From NCBI GenBank assembly GCA_000002445.1, contig CM000208.1, positions 2,080,001 through 2,144,000 of the forward strand: DNA of 64,000 nucleotides, read 5' to 3'. Under the pieces are notes generated by a model. It searched no databases. It was given only the letters and a program-made list of their open reading frames with translations, and was not told where the DNA came from. The position numbers and the translations under genes were made by a program. Source of the stretch: Trypanosoma brucei. Taxonomy: Eukaryota. Shown piece after piece: positions 53,661-63,656 of the stretch (position 1 is its first letter; each line of letters begins with the position of its first letter).

Positions 53661-54470
53661 GTGGGGACAAAAATGCTGCGCTTCCGGGTTCGCCTCCCGA
53701 AAGGCAAGGAGCCTGTTTCCATGGATCTTGATGGCACTACGACTTGGGGTTCGTTCGTGCAATCTATCAGTTCCCTAACCGACGTGCCGTGCTCGCAATT
53801 GCGGATTCTTAGTGGGTTCCCACCACGTCCCGTTGAGGTTGGTGATGGCGCTGCTTCCATTGCCAGTGTGCTTCCGGGGGGAGGAAACGTAATTGTGCAA
53901 GTGGGCGAGGCGGATGTGGTTAAGGGGAAGACAGAAGGTCGTTACGTGCCCCCAGTTGACGGCAAGTGGCATTTTGTTCGGCGCGTTTGCCCTTCAGATA
54001 ATTCTTGTTTGTTCCATGCTGCAGCTTATGTCCTCCGTAACAAGAGCCGAGTGGATGGACCGTCCCTGCGCAAAGAGTGCGCCGATATTGTGCAAGCATA
54101 TCCGAATGTCTTTAATGAGAAAACGATTCTTGACCGGCCAAACCGCGAGTACGTCGATTTCATACGGAACCCAAACGCTTGGGGCGGGGCGATCGAACTT
54201 ATGGTCCTCAGTTTCCTCACGCAAACTGAGATTGTTGCACTTGATTTGACGTCGTCTAATGTTTTGCACTTCGGTGAAGACAACAATTATACCGTTCGTG
54301 CCTATGTTGTGTTTAATGGGCAGCACTACGATGCTATCGCTATGAACCCCATGTTTAATTCACCTCAAGAGAGCGAGGATCAGGTCCTGTTTAGTTCTAC
54401 GGATGCCGAAGTCCTTAATCGTGCTAGACGCTTCGTTGCTGACGAGGCTAAAAAGTTGCGTTTGCGGTAA
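53661..54470 (+). CDS. OTU-domain deubiquitinase with an N-terminal ubiquitin-like/UBX-like domain (Otu1/YOD1-like).
   Basis: The N-terminal beta-grasp-like segment (MLRFRVRLPKGKEPVSMDLDGTTTWGSFVQSI...LRILSGFPPRPVEV) is followed by the OTU catalytic Cys motif (DNSCLFHAAAYVL) and His motif (NGQHYDAIAMN). Confidence 0.85.
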   Translation: MGTKMLRFRVRLPKGKEPVSMDLDGTTTWGSFVQSISSLTDVPCSQLRILSGFPPRPVEVGDGAASIASVLPGGGNVIVQVGEADVVKGKTEGRYVPPVDGKWHFVRRVCPSDNSCLFHAAAYVLRNKSRVDGPSLRKECADIVQAYPNVFNEKTILDRPNREYVDFIRNPNAWGGAIELMVLSFLTQTEIVALDLTSSNVLHFGEDNNYTVRAYVVFNGQHYDAIAMNPMFNSPQESEDQVLFSSTDAEVLNRARRFVADEAKKLRLR

Positions 54471-55219
54471 TCTGGTATCCGTTTAGTGCTTTCACACTGA
54501 CATTATATTTTTGTATTACCTAACTCTATATGCGGTCTGTGAAGTTATGTGAACTCATTTGCAGCATGGCCGGTTAGATGTGCGTGGTTTGATCGTGTTG
54601 AGGAGGGCACCACTTCCAAACAACACTGCGAAAGGCCTATCGTTTTGTCACACCTGTACCTTAACATGTTGTTTGTGTGTAGTGGTGCGGCGTGGGATTG
54701 TTTCGTTGGCACGTTTTTTCCCCCATATTCCAGTAGGGAATGATGCAGTGGAGTGGGCGGTTTGGTCTAACATGTAAGTGGGGTTTGGATGAGTGCCGTG
54801 ATGCTGATGCATGATCTGCCAATAACCCTCCAGCAGATGTAGGGGACTACCGCGTGGAATTGGTGTTGCCATTTCACGTGTGAACTCGTCTCATATTTTG
54901 CCTTGGTTGTCGTACGGTTGTGCCCTCTCCATCCCCTCTTGTTTGTTTGTCTTACACTCACTTTCTGTGTCAGCAGTGTGAGAGTGTACCCGCGACGGTA
55001 CTGACGCCAATGCAGCGTCCGAGAGAAAGAATGCGCTCCCGCAGGCTCATGAGTGGATTTCCCCCGATTTTTGTTGCTTTTGTTCTGTGTCTAAGTGTTA
55101 GGAGTGTAAGAATTTATCCACTACTGATTTGTGTGGAGAGTGTCCACCACTTGTGCCTGAGGGGTGTACACACCACACGCGGGTAGCAGCTGTGATACAT
55201 CGTGGAGGTGTCTTTCTGA

Positions 55220-55238
55220 GGTGTGTGTGTGTGTGTGT
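55220..55238. repeat. (GT)9 microsatellite.
   Basis: gtgtgtgtgtgtgtgtgtg just upstream of the coiled-coil gene. Confidence 0.9.
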
Positions 55239-55258
55239 CTGCGCGCTAATTTTGCAGT

Positions 55259-57025
55259 GTGATTATGGCTTCGTTATCACCCCTGGAGTCAAGAAGAAAC
55301 ATGCAATTGTCCCCTTATGCTTCCCCGCGGCGCAACCCAATGGCAACACTCCACACGCGTGAAGCCCCTTTGGAGGGCCGTGAGGCAGAGGCTGCGTTGA
55401 TATCTGCCACGCTCGCAAATGCTCAGCTGCGCGCATCACAGGCCGCCGTAGAGCAGCGCTCGGAAGAGGTGGATGATCTCCGAGAGGCCCGAGATGCCCT
55501 GGAGAGGGAAATGGCGGAAAAGGACGAGGAGAGCCAGGCAGCAGCAACATACTTTGAAAAGCAAATGACTTTGGTGAAGGAGGTGAACCGCAAACTCAAG
55601 GAAGAATTGGTTAACGAGCGTGCGACGGCTGAACTGCGTATGGAAGAGGTTGTGGGCAAAATGCAGGAGGAACTTCAAGAGCGTGATAGCCTTATAGCAA
55701 CTTTGAAACAGCGCCTTGAGGATGTTGAGAGTGACCTCAGAAGCGTTATCGAGTTCAGGGACGCGCGCGATGCGCACGAAAAGGAAATTAAAGAACTTCG
55801 TGTAGTTTACGCAGAAGAGTGTGAAAACCATCAGCGCAATGAGCGAGAGATGCGGCTTCAGTGCATGGAAGAGCGTGTGAGGCTTCGGGAAAAGGAGGAA
55901 AAGTATGAGCGAGAGCGGGAAGAAGAGGTTGCACGTTTAGCGCGTAGTTACCTTAGCAAAAAGACGCGTGCTATAGAAGAACAGAACAAAAGCCTCGAGA
56001 CACACATCTCCTTTCTTTCCAGTGACGCAGATGCTGCGCGAAATGAAGCAGAGACTTTGCAAAAGACTAACAACGGGCTAAGGCGAGATGCCGAACTAGC
56101 ATCTTCGGTGGAGACAATGCACGCAGTTCATCACGCGAAGCAGAGGAACGAGATTGCCCTCCTCAGAGATCAAGTGAGAACCACCGAAGACAACTTAAAT
56201 AGTTCATTGGAAGAGTATGAGAAGCGATTGCAGAAACAGGAGAAGATCCATGCGGCTGAGATGATGAAACTCTCAAGTGAGCGTGACAAGTGGCGGTCAA
56301 CCGCAGAGAATCTGCGTGCTGACTTGCTAAAGATGCGTTCAATTTCAGAAAAGTTAATCGAACAACGTTCCGACATGGAAACGTTCTTTCACCAGGCCCT
56401 GGAACAGGTTCGCCAGGAGGTGTCAGAGGAACGACGGAACGCTCCGCACAAAATTTGTTTCCGCAAGCCTCCCAAAGGGATCCCGTCTGATTTGCTGCAG
56501 CTTACGCGGGGCAGGGAGCCGCTCATGATCGGTGACCGCAGCCATGTGATGCCGACATCGCATTCCACACTTACGAAAAAGGTGGTCGATGCCAACGTGT
56601 CGTGCACAAACAGCAGCGTAGTTTCTCGTAGTGCCGACACGGGGGGCGGGTCACTTCCATTAATCACAATGTCGGGATCTCCGTTCTTTTCTCCAGCAAA
56701 TGTGCTTGTGCCACCAATAGAATGGCGCAGCACCAGTCGTGAAATGCAGGCGACGAACGGCGGTAGACTCGTTGAGGAGCGTCCATTGGGAATCAGCGAC
56801 CTCCTGAGTGTTCCAACTGCGCCGAAGATAAAGGACCTCCATACAGTTGATATATCGCAACTAAGTTGGTCCGATAAGGAGCGCGTATTGCAATTGTTGT
56901 TCAAGCACATGAAGAGGGGGGCCACTGCAAAAAAAACGGAAAAGCGGGTCCCCACGCATGACACGAATTTTTTGTCGATCACTCCATCTGCGACCCCTGA
57001 AGTAAACACATTTCTCACGGATTAA
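55259..57025 (+). CDS. Coiled-coil protein (588 aa), hypothetical.
   Basis: A strongly heptad-patterned, Glu/Arg/Lys/Leu-rich sequence over ~350 residues (EEVDDLREARDALEREMAEKDEESQ...), followed by a Ser/Thr/Pro-rich tail. Confidence 0.65.
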   Translation: MIMASLSPLESRRNMQLSPYASPRRNPMATLHTREAPLEGREAEAALISATLANAQLRASQAAVEQRSEEVDDLREARDALEREMAEKDEESQAAATYFEKQMTLVKEVNRKLKEELVNERATAELRMEEVVGKMQEELQERDSLIATLKQRLEDVESDLRSVIEFRDARDAHEKEIKELRVVYAEECENHQRNEREMRLQCMEERVRLREKEEKYEREREEEVARLARSYLSKKTRAIEEQNKSLETHISFLSSDADAARNEAETLQKTNNGLRRDAELASSVETMHAVHHAKQRNEIALLRDQVRTTEDNLNSSLEEYEKRLQKQEKIHAAEMMKLSSERDKWRSTAENLRADLLKMRSISEKLIEQRSDMETFFHQALEQVRQEVSEERRNAPHKICFRKPPKGIPSDLLQLTRGREPLMIGDRSHVMPTSHSTLTKKVVDANVSCTNSSVVSRSADTGGGSLPLITMSGSPFFSPANVLVPPIEWRSTSREMQATNGGRLVEERPLGISDLLSVPTAPKIKDLHTVDISQLSWSDKERVLQLLFKHMKRGATAKKTEKRVPTHDTNFLSITPSATPEVNTFLTD

Positions 57026-57758
57026 ACAATTTAATCAACTCGTCTTTACCTCCTTTTGCATTTGGGCGCAATTTGTCTGTATCCTAGGGCGTTCTCCCCC
57101 TCTATGTTTGTTTTTGTTTTTCTGGTACGGAAACCCACGCTGTCCATGCCGATTTCCCCCCTTCCTTTTCCCCTCTGCACTGTTTGATTGGTTGTTCCCG
57201 TGTCCCTTACGGGAAGGCCTTCAATGAGAGGGAGTGTGACATGTTCCATTACTTCAAATTCTTTAATAATATACCCTTTTTTCCATTGTTTGTGTTGTGA
57301 GGTTCCTGAACATGCCTCCTTCACTCGAGGTGAGCGGAGCTATCAATGTTTCCTTCTTCCCCTTCATATACTTATTGGTACTCCACCGCATTGTACCTTT
57401 CCTGGACCTCTTTTCGCGGCAACGCGAATGTGTGTATCCGTACGTGGTGTTTTGCTGTGAGATTCGAGTGTGTAATGTTTTCGGACGGTATCATGGGGGG
57501 GGGGGGGACCATGTACCAAATTCACTGTTTGCAAGAAAGTGGTGTCTGTCTACCTTCATTATTTTTGTTGTGCGCCTGTACCCACCTGTTTTTTAAAAAC
57601 CTTTCTTCTGCTTCTCACATTACTGGATAATTTATTAATGCCCTCTGATGTTTTAGGTTGCACCTAATTGGGTTTTTGCTTCGTCGTCTTGCTATGCTAC
57701 CTCTTTCTCACCCTGTTTGTTTTCAATTTCCTGTTAGTAGAGCGTAATAGGGCACTGG

Positions 57759-60488
57759 ATGATCCCCGTGGCAGGCCGCCGCAAAGGCCTGAGTCAGGCA
57801 CCTAATTTGGGGTCTGCGGGGAACAATGAGACAAACTCATCGCTTGGTGGAGGCTTCACCACCTCAACCGGAGCAGCACCTTCACCTGCTACCGCCGGGG
57901 ACGCCCTTTCGTTTCTTGACTTCGATAACGACACCGGACCCACACAAGCTTCCGCACCCGTCGCATCACGAAGGGGAGCCCCCACAGCTGCACCCCCTCA
58001 GCGGGACACACTTTCGTTTCTCGATTTCGATGACGATGAAGGACCTTCCAAGCCTTCAGCACCTGCTGCGTCAAGGAGGACGGCACCCCCAGTCGCCCCC
58101 GCCCCTGCGCAGAGCGCCCCGTCATTTCTTGATTTTGACGATGATGACGGACCCACAAAACCACCCCCGCGATCGCAACCTCCGGCATCTGCCGCCTCCA
58201 GAGGGGCACCCGCTCAGGCAGTGCCCTCCTTTCTCGATTTCGATGACGATGCTCCTGCAAATGTTCCTTCAACACCTCAACCCTCTGCTGCGGTGTCTTT
58301 AGAAATCACTAATCGGTGGCACGAACTGCAGAAGGAGCTCCAACGCGTGCAAGTTGAGACCCTCAGTTGCGAGGAGGTGATTCGGAAGTTCGAAAGCGGC
58401 GAACACGAATTGTGCCTGGAAGTGGGGACTCTAGACGAACAAGTGCAGCAGAAGCAGGCGGCGGGGGAGAAGGCAGCTGCAGCGCGAGAAGAGTTGGAGA
58501 GGGCGCTGGAACTAAGACGCCAACAGCTCACAGAAGAGAACGAGGCAAAGCACAAACAACTATTAGTGGAGGGTGTCAATACCATGCGAGAGCGGTACGA
58601 GGACGAGCTGAGTACTCTAACTGCATCTGTAGAAGACCAGAAAGTGAACCTGTTGGCTGTTGAAGAGAAGCACAGCACTATGGATGGGTCGATCAGCAGT
58701 GTTGAATTATATGAACGAGCGGTTTGTCAACTGCAAGAGAGGTTGAAGGCAACGCTGCGCGACATAAGCGCTGCGGTTTGCTTGCGAATCAAACCGTCGC
58801 TCACTAATTGCATCAGAGACACCGTAGCACAGTTTGCCCAGGAGAGGTCGGATATGCAGTGCAATGATCGGCGTAGAAGACGCGAGCAGTTGGACACTTT
58901 CCAGAAGAATGTGGATAAAGGATTCTCATCATTTTGTGAAGAACGGCGAACTAAACATCAGTCGCGAGTGGACTCCATCTTTGGTGGAGAGAGATTTCGT
59001 TTCCAAGCAGAGGTTGAGCGACGGTTTACCACGTCTAGGATGGAGTTTATGGAACGACAGAAGGAGCTTACAGCTGAGGCAAAGAAAGGAGCGCTGATTA
59101 CTTTTGAGGAGATGACGCGTCGAGCAGCCGCAGATATGGAGGTGTTTCAGAGAAAGATGAAGGAAGAACTGAGGTTGATGGAGGAGCGATATGCTGCTGA
59201 GTTGGCTCATCTTGCGCGGCTTCAGGCTTCGGAGAAGGCGGCGGCACTTCGACCCCGCTGTGAAAATGATGAGCTGGGCTCCAGCGTTACTGCCGCCACG
59301 CCTTCAGTTTGTAAGGCAGTTGAAAAGGATGTGAGGTACTTGCGGGAGCGCGTGGAACAGATTAAGCAGTCTGTCTCACTCGATATCCAGGATCTTTCTA
59401 TTGCTTCACAGCACCCTAGATGTGAATCTCTCTCTGCGTTGGGGAAGGAGCGCATGCTGGCGGAACTGGAGGAAAAAGTGCGTCTGCTTAGTCGCCAGTT
59501 CGGTGCTCAGTGGCAGCGTTTTAAATCTGCAGTGGGACCGCTGCATCAATCCGTGCAGCTGATGGTACGTGGGTTGCAGGACGGGCGAGTGAGAGCCGCT
59601 GCTCAACAACAGGAAACTGAATGTATTTATCGTGAGTGGACCCAAAGTGTTAGGAAGGAATTGTCAATGTGTTTGACAAGTGGTGGGGCGTCGTCAGAGT
59701 CTGCGGAATTACAAAGCGGGCTTGTGTCTATGACTCGGGTAGTGGAGATGGCACGGGCGCAGGTTCAGGCTGTACTGGAGGCTCAGAGGCATCGCTCCGA
59801 GGTGCTAAGGGGCTTTAATTCCGAGGTACAGGAGAGCCTATCTGCACTTGTTAAGCAGCGCGTAGCCTCAAACGGCACCCTCCATTCTGTATTTGATGAG
59901 TATGAGCGTCTGTCCCATGCGGCGGCGGAGGTGGAGGCGAAGCGTAGGGCCCTTGAGGTGGCAGCAGAAAATTACGATCACGCGAAACAAGTATTGGAAA
60001 AGGAACGTGAAACATTCGATGGTAGGTTGAAGGTGGCGCAAGAGCTTGGCGTCAAACTCCGGATCGATTCAGAGAAACTGGAGAGGAAGGCAGCGCGGTA
60101 TGCGCGCGCTCGGCTTTCTGGTGGCTCACAGTTTGTACGGGCTGTTACAATGGAAAAACCACTTCGTGATCGTCTGCAGTGCGGAAAACGTATGGAGTGG
60201 AGGAGTCAATCTCACGGACATTCTCCCAGAAAGCGGGCGGCGGATTGTGTGTCTGGCCACCCATCGCCTAGTTCCGCGGAGTACAGGCGCTCTGCAACTG
60301 CGTCGAACGGTGGAGATGTGCTCGACTTTGTTACTCTTCTGAGTTTTGATGATGCCGTGGGGCAAGGTGACTCTGGAGACTTGCAACACAAGCGGCAACC
60401 GTGCCAGTATAGAAGCACTACGTCGTTTGATCCGTCAAGTTGTGGCAGTGACGGAACGTACTTTACAACACCTTCAACTCTCAACTAA
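57759..60488 (+). CDS. Coiled-coil protein (909 aa) with an N-terminal disordered region carrying four SFLDFDDD-type linear motifs.
   Basis: N-terminal ~170 aa: four copies of (A/T)(L/P)SFLDFD(N/D)D(E/D)GP spaced 35-37 aa apart inside an Ala/Pro/Ser-rich sequence, which is a degenerate ~108-bp DNA repeat. The rest is long coiled-coil sequence. Confidence 0.7.
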   Translation: MIPVAGRRKGLSQAPNLGSAGNNETNSSLGGGFTTSTGAAPSPATAGDALSFLDFDNDTGPTQASAPVASRRGAPTAAPPQRDTLSFLDFDDDEGPSKPSAPAASRRTAPPVAPAPAQSAPSFLDFDDDDGPTKPPPRSQPPASAASRGAPAQAVPSFLDFDDDAPANVPSTPQPSAAVSLEITNRWHELQKELQRVQVETLSCEEVIRKFESGEHELCLEVGTLDEQVQQKQAAGEKAAAAREELERALELRRQQLTEENEAKHKQLLVEGVNTMRERYEDELSTLTASVEDQKVNLLAVEEKHSTMDGSISSVELYERAVCQLQERLKATLRDISAAVCLRIKPSLTNCIRDTVAQFAQERSDMQCNDRRRRREQLDTFQKNVDKGFSSFCEERRTKHQSRVDSIFGGERFRFQAEVERRFTTSRMEFMERQKELTAEAKKGALITFEEMTRRAAADMEVFQRKMKEELRLMEERYAAELAHLARLQASEKAAALRPRCENDELGSSVTAATPSVCKAVEKDVRYLRERVEQIKQSVSLDIQDLSIASQHPRCESLSALGKERMLAELEEKVRLLSRQFGAQWQRFKSAVGPLHQSVQLMVRGLQDGRVRAAAQQQETECIYREWTQSVRKELSMCLTSGGASSESAELQSGLVSMTRVVEMARAQVQAVLEAQRHRSEVLRGFNSEVQESLSALVKQRVASNGTLHSVFDEYERLSHAAAEVEAKRRALEVAAENYDHAKQVLEKERETFDGRLKVAQELGVKLRIDSEKLERKAARYARARLSGGSQFVRAVTMEKPLRDRLQCGKRMEWRSQSHGHSPRKRAADCVSGHPSPSSAEYRRSATASNGGDVLDFVTLLSFDDAVGQGDSGDLQHKRQPCQYRSTTSFDPSSCGSDGTYFTTPSTLN

Positions 60489-61157
60489 TTCCGCTACGGC
60501 AGAATGGGATCCAAGCAGGGGTCGAGCATATGAACATTCTAGAATCTATAAATATGTGCACATAGATACCGAATTAGATACAATAAACGCACAGTGATGG
60601 AAGTCTACTCTCCTTTTTGGCTTTGGCACAAGTTTCACATCAGTTTGGAATATCACGCTGACACAGACATACACACAGAAACACGTGGGGTGCTTTCCCT
60701 CCTACCGAATTTATTATTATTATGACTGTCACTGCACCATGGCTTCTGCCCACACTGCCGGGATCTTCACTGGCAAGGAGGTTTCATTTGCTTTTTTAAT
60801 GTTCAACAGCGAGGGTAATAAGCGTTTGATGTTACTGACATCTTTTTCCCTGTTATTTCGCTCTGTAGCTCTCTTTGGCAATCTGGATTTCTTTTTTTTT
60901 TTTTACACTCTCTTCTTTTTACTCACACTGGGCTAGGAAAAGGAAAATTTAGTGGAATTTCTTTCATTTTCCCCCCTCTCATTCGTGTACAGCCGCGTCG
61001 CAGCGAATTCGTCTGTTGCTACCACGCAGCTATCGCACACGTTGTGGTTGAGGAAACGTCATCGAAGCTTCAAAGGGGAAATAAAAGAAAGCAGAGAGCG
61101 AAAGAAATCCAACGGATTAAGGGACGAAGAACGAAGTTACTAGTACTGGGAAATAAC

Positions 61158-61174
61158 GCTCTTTTTTTTTTTTT
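61158..61174 (+). promoter_or_regulatory. Polypyrimidine tract (CTC T13) upstream of the last gene.
   Basis: gctcttttttttttttt ~180 nt 5' of ATG 61356. Confidence 0.4.
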
Positions 61175-61355
61175 GAGGAGGAAAGTGAGATCACCGCGAA
61201 AAAAAAAAAATAGGAGCATCCAAAAGGGTATCAAAGGTAAGCAATAAGAATACGATAGAAAACAGGGAACCTTACATACATCTATACATATATAGATATA
61301 GGAAAATAAGGAAGGAAGGAAAAAAAGAAACAAGGACAATAGAGGGAGGGGGGAA

Positions 61356-63656
61356 ATGAACATGATATCCCTCAATTTCACCCTCTATCGCTTTGTGTGT
61401 GATAAGGTAACGTTTAGCAACATCTTTGCAGTTGATGCTGAGAGCCGGCGCTTCCCCGAGAACTCGCCCTTTTACTGCTGTTGGGCTATTGTTCCACGGC
61501 AACGTGCTGTGTCAACGGTGAAGGCAGCTGAGTGGAGTGGTTGTACACCTGCGTCGTATTTCAAGTCCCATGGTAATGAAATTGTTCTGCCCTTTAATAA
61601 TGCAGTGGGGACTGTTGACATTGAGGGGGACACAAATGTTATTACCTTTAATGTGAGACCATACAGCAACTCGAACGAACCCATATCGGTGGTGGCAAAG
61701 GGGACTCTCGACCCACGGCCGTATGTGGGGAGGTCAAACAGGAACTATGCCATTAAGCTTCGTGACGTTAGCGGCCAGACGATTGGTAAACTTCTCTTTG
61801 CGCTGGAGGCAAGGGAGGAGTCGGGATGTGTCATCAGTACACCGCTGGGAATAGATGGTCAGCCTGGTGTGCATACAGGATTGTCCAATAATCTGTTAAA
61901 CGCAGTGGGTGTCGGGGCGTCTGCAGGCAACCTTGCCCTAAGGAACCGTAACGAAAATGGGAGGAATGGTTATGGCACTGTTGATGGAGGGAAGGTCCAA
62001 TATGACAAGAGGGAGCCGTACGCGCAGCGGGATAACTCTTCATTTTCGAATTCTGTTACACCGCAGGCCGGGTCGTTGGAAGGGATGCCTATGCAAGCGT
62101 TCAATTGTCTGAGAGCCCCAACCTCCACGTCGGCAACTACCGAATGCGATCCCCACTCTTACGTAAAGCTAGATTTGTGCATTGAACGGATTGTTGTCAA
62201 GGATGATTCCAGCGGGCAAGAAAATCCTGTACCATTGCTTCTCGGTGCGAATTACTACTTGAAGGTACGATTCGGTGGGGGCGTGTCCACCACCCAGTCT
62301 GTTGAGTGCCAGGACCCGAGGAAGATCACGTACAAAGACCACATGACGTTCATAGAGGACGTGTGCAGTAACGACAGGCTGCGTTTTTCACTATGGGAGA
62401 ATGGAAAGCAGGTGGCTGGTTTTTCGTTGAACCCCACGAAGTTTCGTGTTGATATTGGTATGCAGAAGGAGTACGCAATCCCTTTCAGATATTATCCCAC
62501 TCGTCAGTCAGCCTTTCTTGAGTTAACTGTGCAGCGCATGGGAGAGCCAAGCCTTGAGGATGTTGAGAAGACAATTGATTCCTTTCGGGTGGTGCGGGGA
62601 ATTCCATTTGGTGGTATGAGGTTCATGGACGAGCAGCTTCAGTTAAGGAGATCCGAGGGGGAAAGTAGCGAGCATCTCAACACAAAGACGATAGGAACTA
62701 CCAGCGGGCACTCGACAACTAACCTCTCATCACACACACCGGAAAAGGCAGTCGAGAAGGGTCAGAGGCCCGAGAAACTATGCAGAGAGGAGTGCGGAAA
62801 ACAACACACGCCACTTCGCGCTGAGCACTCTTCCCCTCCGGTTGCTGCAGAGAAAAAGGACTTTGGTCAACCTGGGCACCACCAAACCAAAGCCAAAAAC
62901 GGGGATAGACATGATACCCACACCAATCCTGCTGTAACCCAACTGGCACCTTCAGAAAGGGTTGGTGAGAACATTACTAACAGTGTTAATTCATCGTTTA
63001 TTGTAAAGCAAGTGTCGCCAGTAAGAAAAGGCAGTTCTGCGAAGCGACATGCTCTGCTGCGTAGGATGACCGAGGAGGAGGTGGTTCCTGCCTCTGCGAT
63101 GCGGCAATACCCAGGCAATGATGCCCCAACGTCTATGAAAACAGTGGTGAGGAGTATGGAAACCACACGCTCCGCTTCACCATTGCGTGTGACAGGGGCC
63201 CCTAGGGGAGACCAGCGGCCTCGAAAACTTGAAGATGAGTATCAAAGCCTTACGGGAGGAAGTAAATTGCTGAGCATGGAGGATGCTTCGCAACCCCGCC
63301 GTAATTCACCAAGCACCTCACCCGACCAGCGGGTACCCGACAACGCCATTGACCGTGAGCGGCTGGTGGATTCACTGCTGCATCGCATGAACGGTCGACC
63401 AGGAATGAACACCACTCTGATGGAGGAATGGATGGAGTGGCGACACACATGTCTTTCCTCTCGCAGTTCTCGATCAGGGTCGGAAGGGAGTGCGTTCTGC
63501 CGTGAAGATTCCGTTGCGTCTCTGGAAATTCGCAGTCATGCCGTAAGCCCCCGCCCAACGAAGTCCCTGTCCCATGCTGCAGACATGCGACCATACACAC
63601 CTGTTATCACAAGGCGGGCTGCATCCGACGGCAGGCCACCAATCCCGGGCCGATAG
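61356..63656 (+). CDS. Hypothetical protein (766 aa) with probable C2-like beta-sandwich domain(s) and a Ser/Arg/Pro-rich C-terminal half.
   Basis: The segment LDLCIERIVVKDDSSGQENPVPLLLGANYYLKVRFGGGVSTTQSVECQDPRKITYKDHMTFIEDVCSNDRLRFSLWENGKQVAGFSL follows the C2-domain strand pattern (LxVxVxxAxxL...D...YVKV...T.V...NP.WNE.F.F.....L.F.V.D.D.....IG). A second, similar segment lies upstream (ISVVAKGTLDPRPYVGRSNRNYAIKLRDV). Confidence 0.45.
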   Translation: MNMISLNFTLYRFVCDKVTFSNIFAVDAESRRFPENSPFYCCWAIVPRQRAVSTVKAAEWSGCTPASYFKSHGNEIVLPFNNAVGTVDIEGDTNVITFNVRPYSNSNEPISVVAKGTLDPRPYVGRSNRNYAIKLRDVSGQTIGKLLFALEAREESGCVISTPLGIDGQPGVHTGLSNNLLNAVGVGASAGNLALRNRNENGRNGYGTVDGGKVQYDKREPYAQRDNSSFSNSVTPQAGSLEGMPMQAFNCLRAPTSTSATTECDPHSYVKLDLCIERIVVKDDSSGQENPVPLLLGANYYLKVRFGGGVSTTQSVECQDPRKITYKDHMTFIEDVCSNDRLRFSLWENGKQVAGFSLNPTKFRVDIGMQKEYAIPFRYYPTRQSAFLELTVQRMGEPSLEDVEKTIDSFRVVRGIPFGGMRFMDEQLQLRRSEGESSEHLNTKTIGTTSGHSTTNLSSHTPEKAVEKGQRPEKLCREECGKQHTPLRAEHSSPPVAAEKKDFGQPGHHQTKAKNGDRHDTHTNPAVTQLAPSERVGENITNSVNSSFIVKQVSPVRKGSSAKRHALLRRMTEEEVVPASAMRQYPGNDAPTSMKTVVRSMETTRSASPLRVTGAPRGDQRPRKLEDEYQSLTGGSKLLSMEDASQPRRNSPSTSPDQRVPDNAIDRERLVDSLLHRMNGRPGMNTTLMEEWMEWRHTCLSSRSSRSGSEGSAFCREDSVASLEIRSHAVSPRPTKSLSHAADMRPYTPVITRRAASDGRPPIPGR

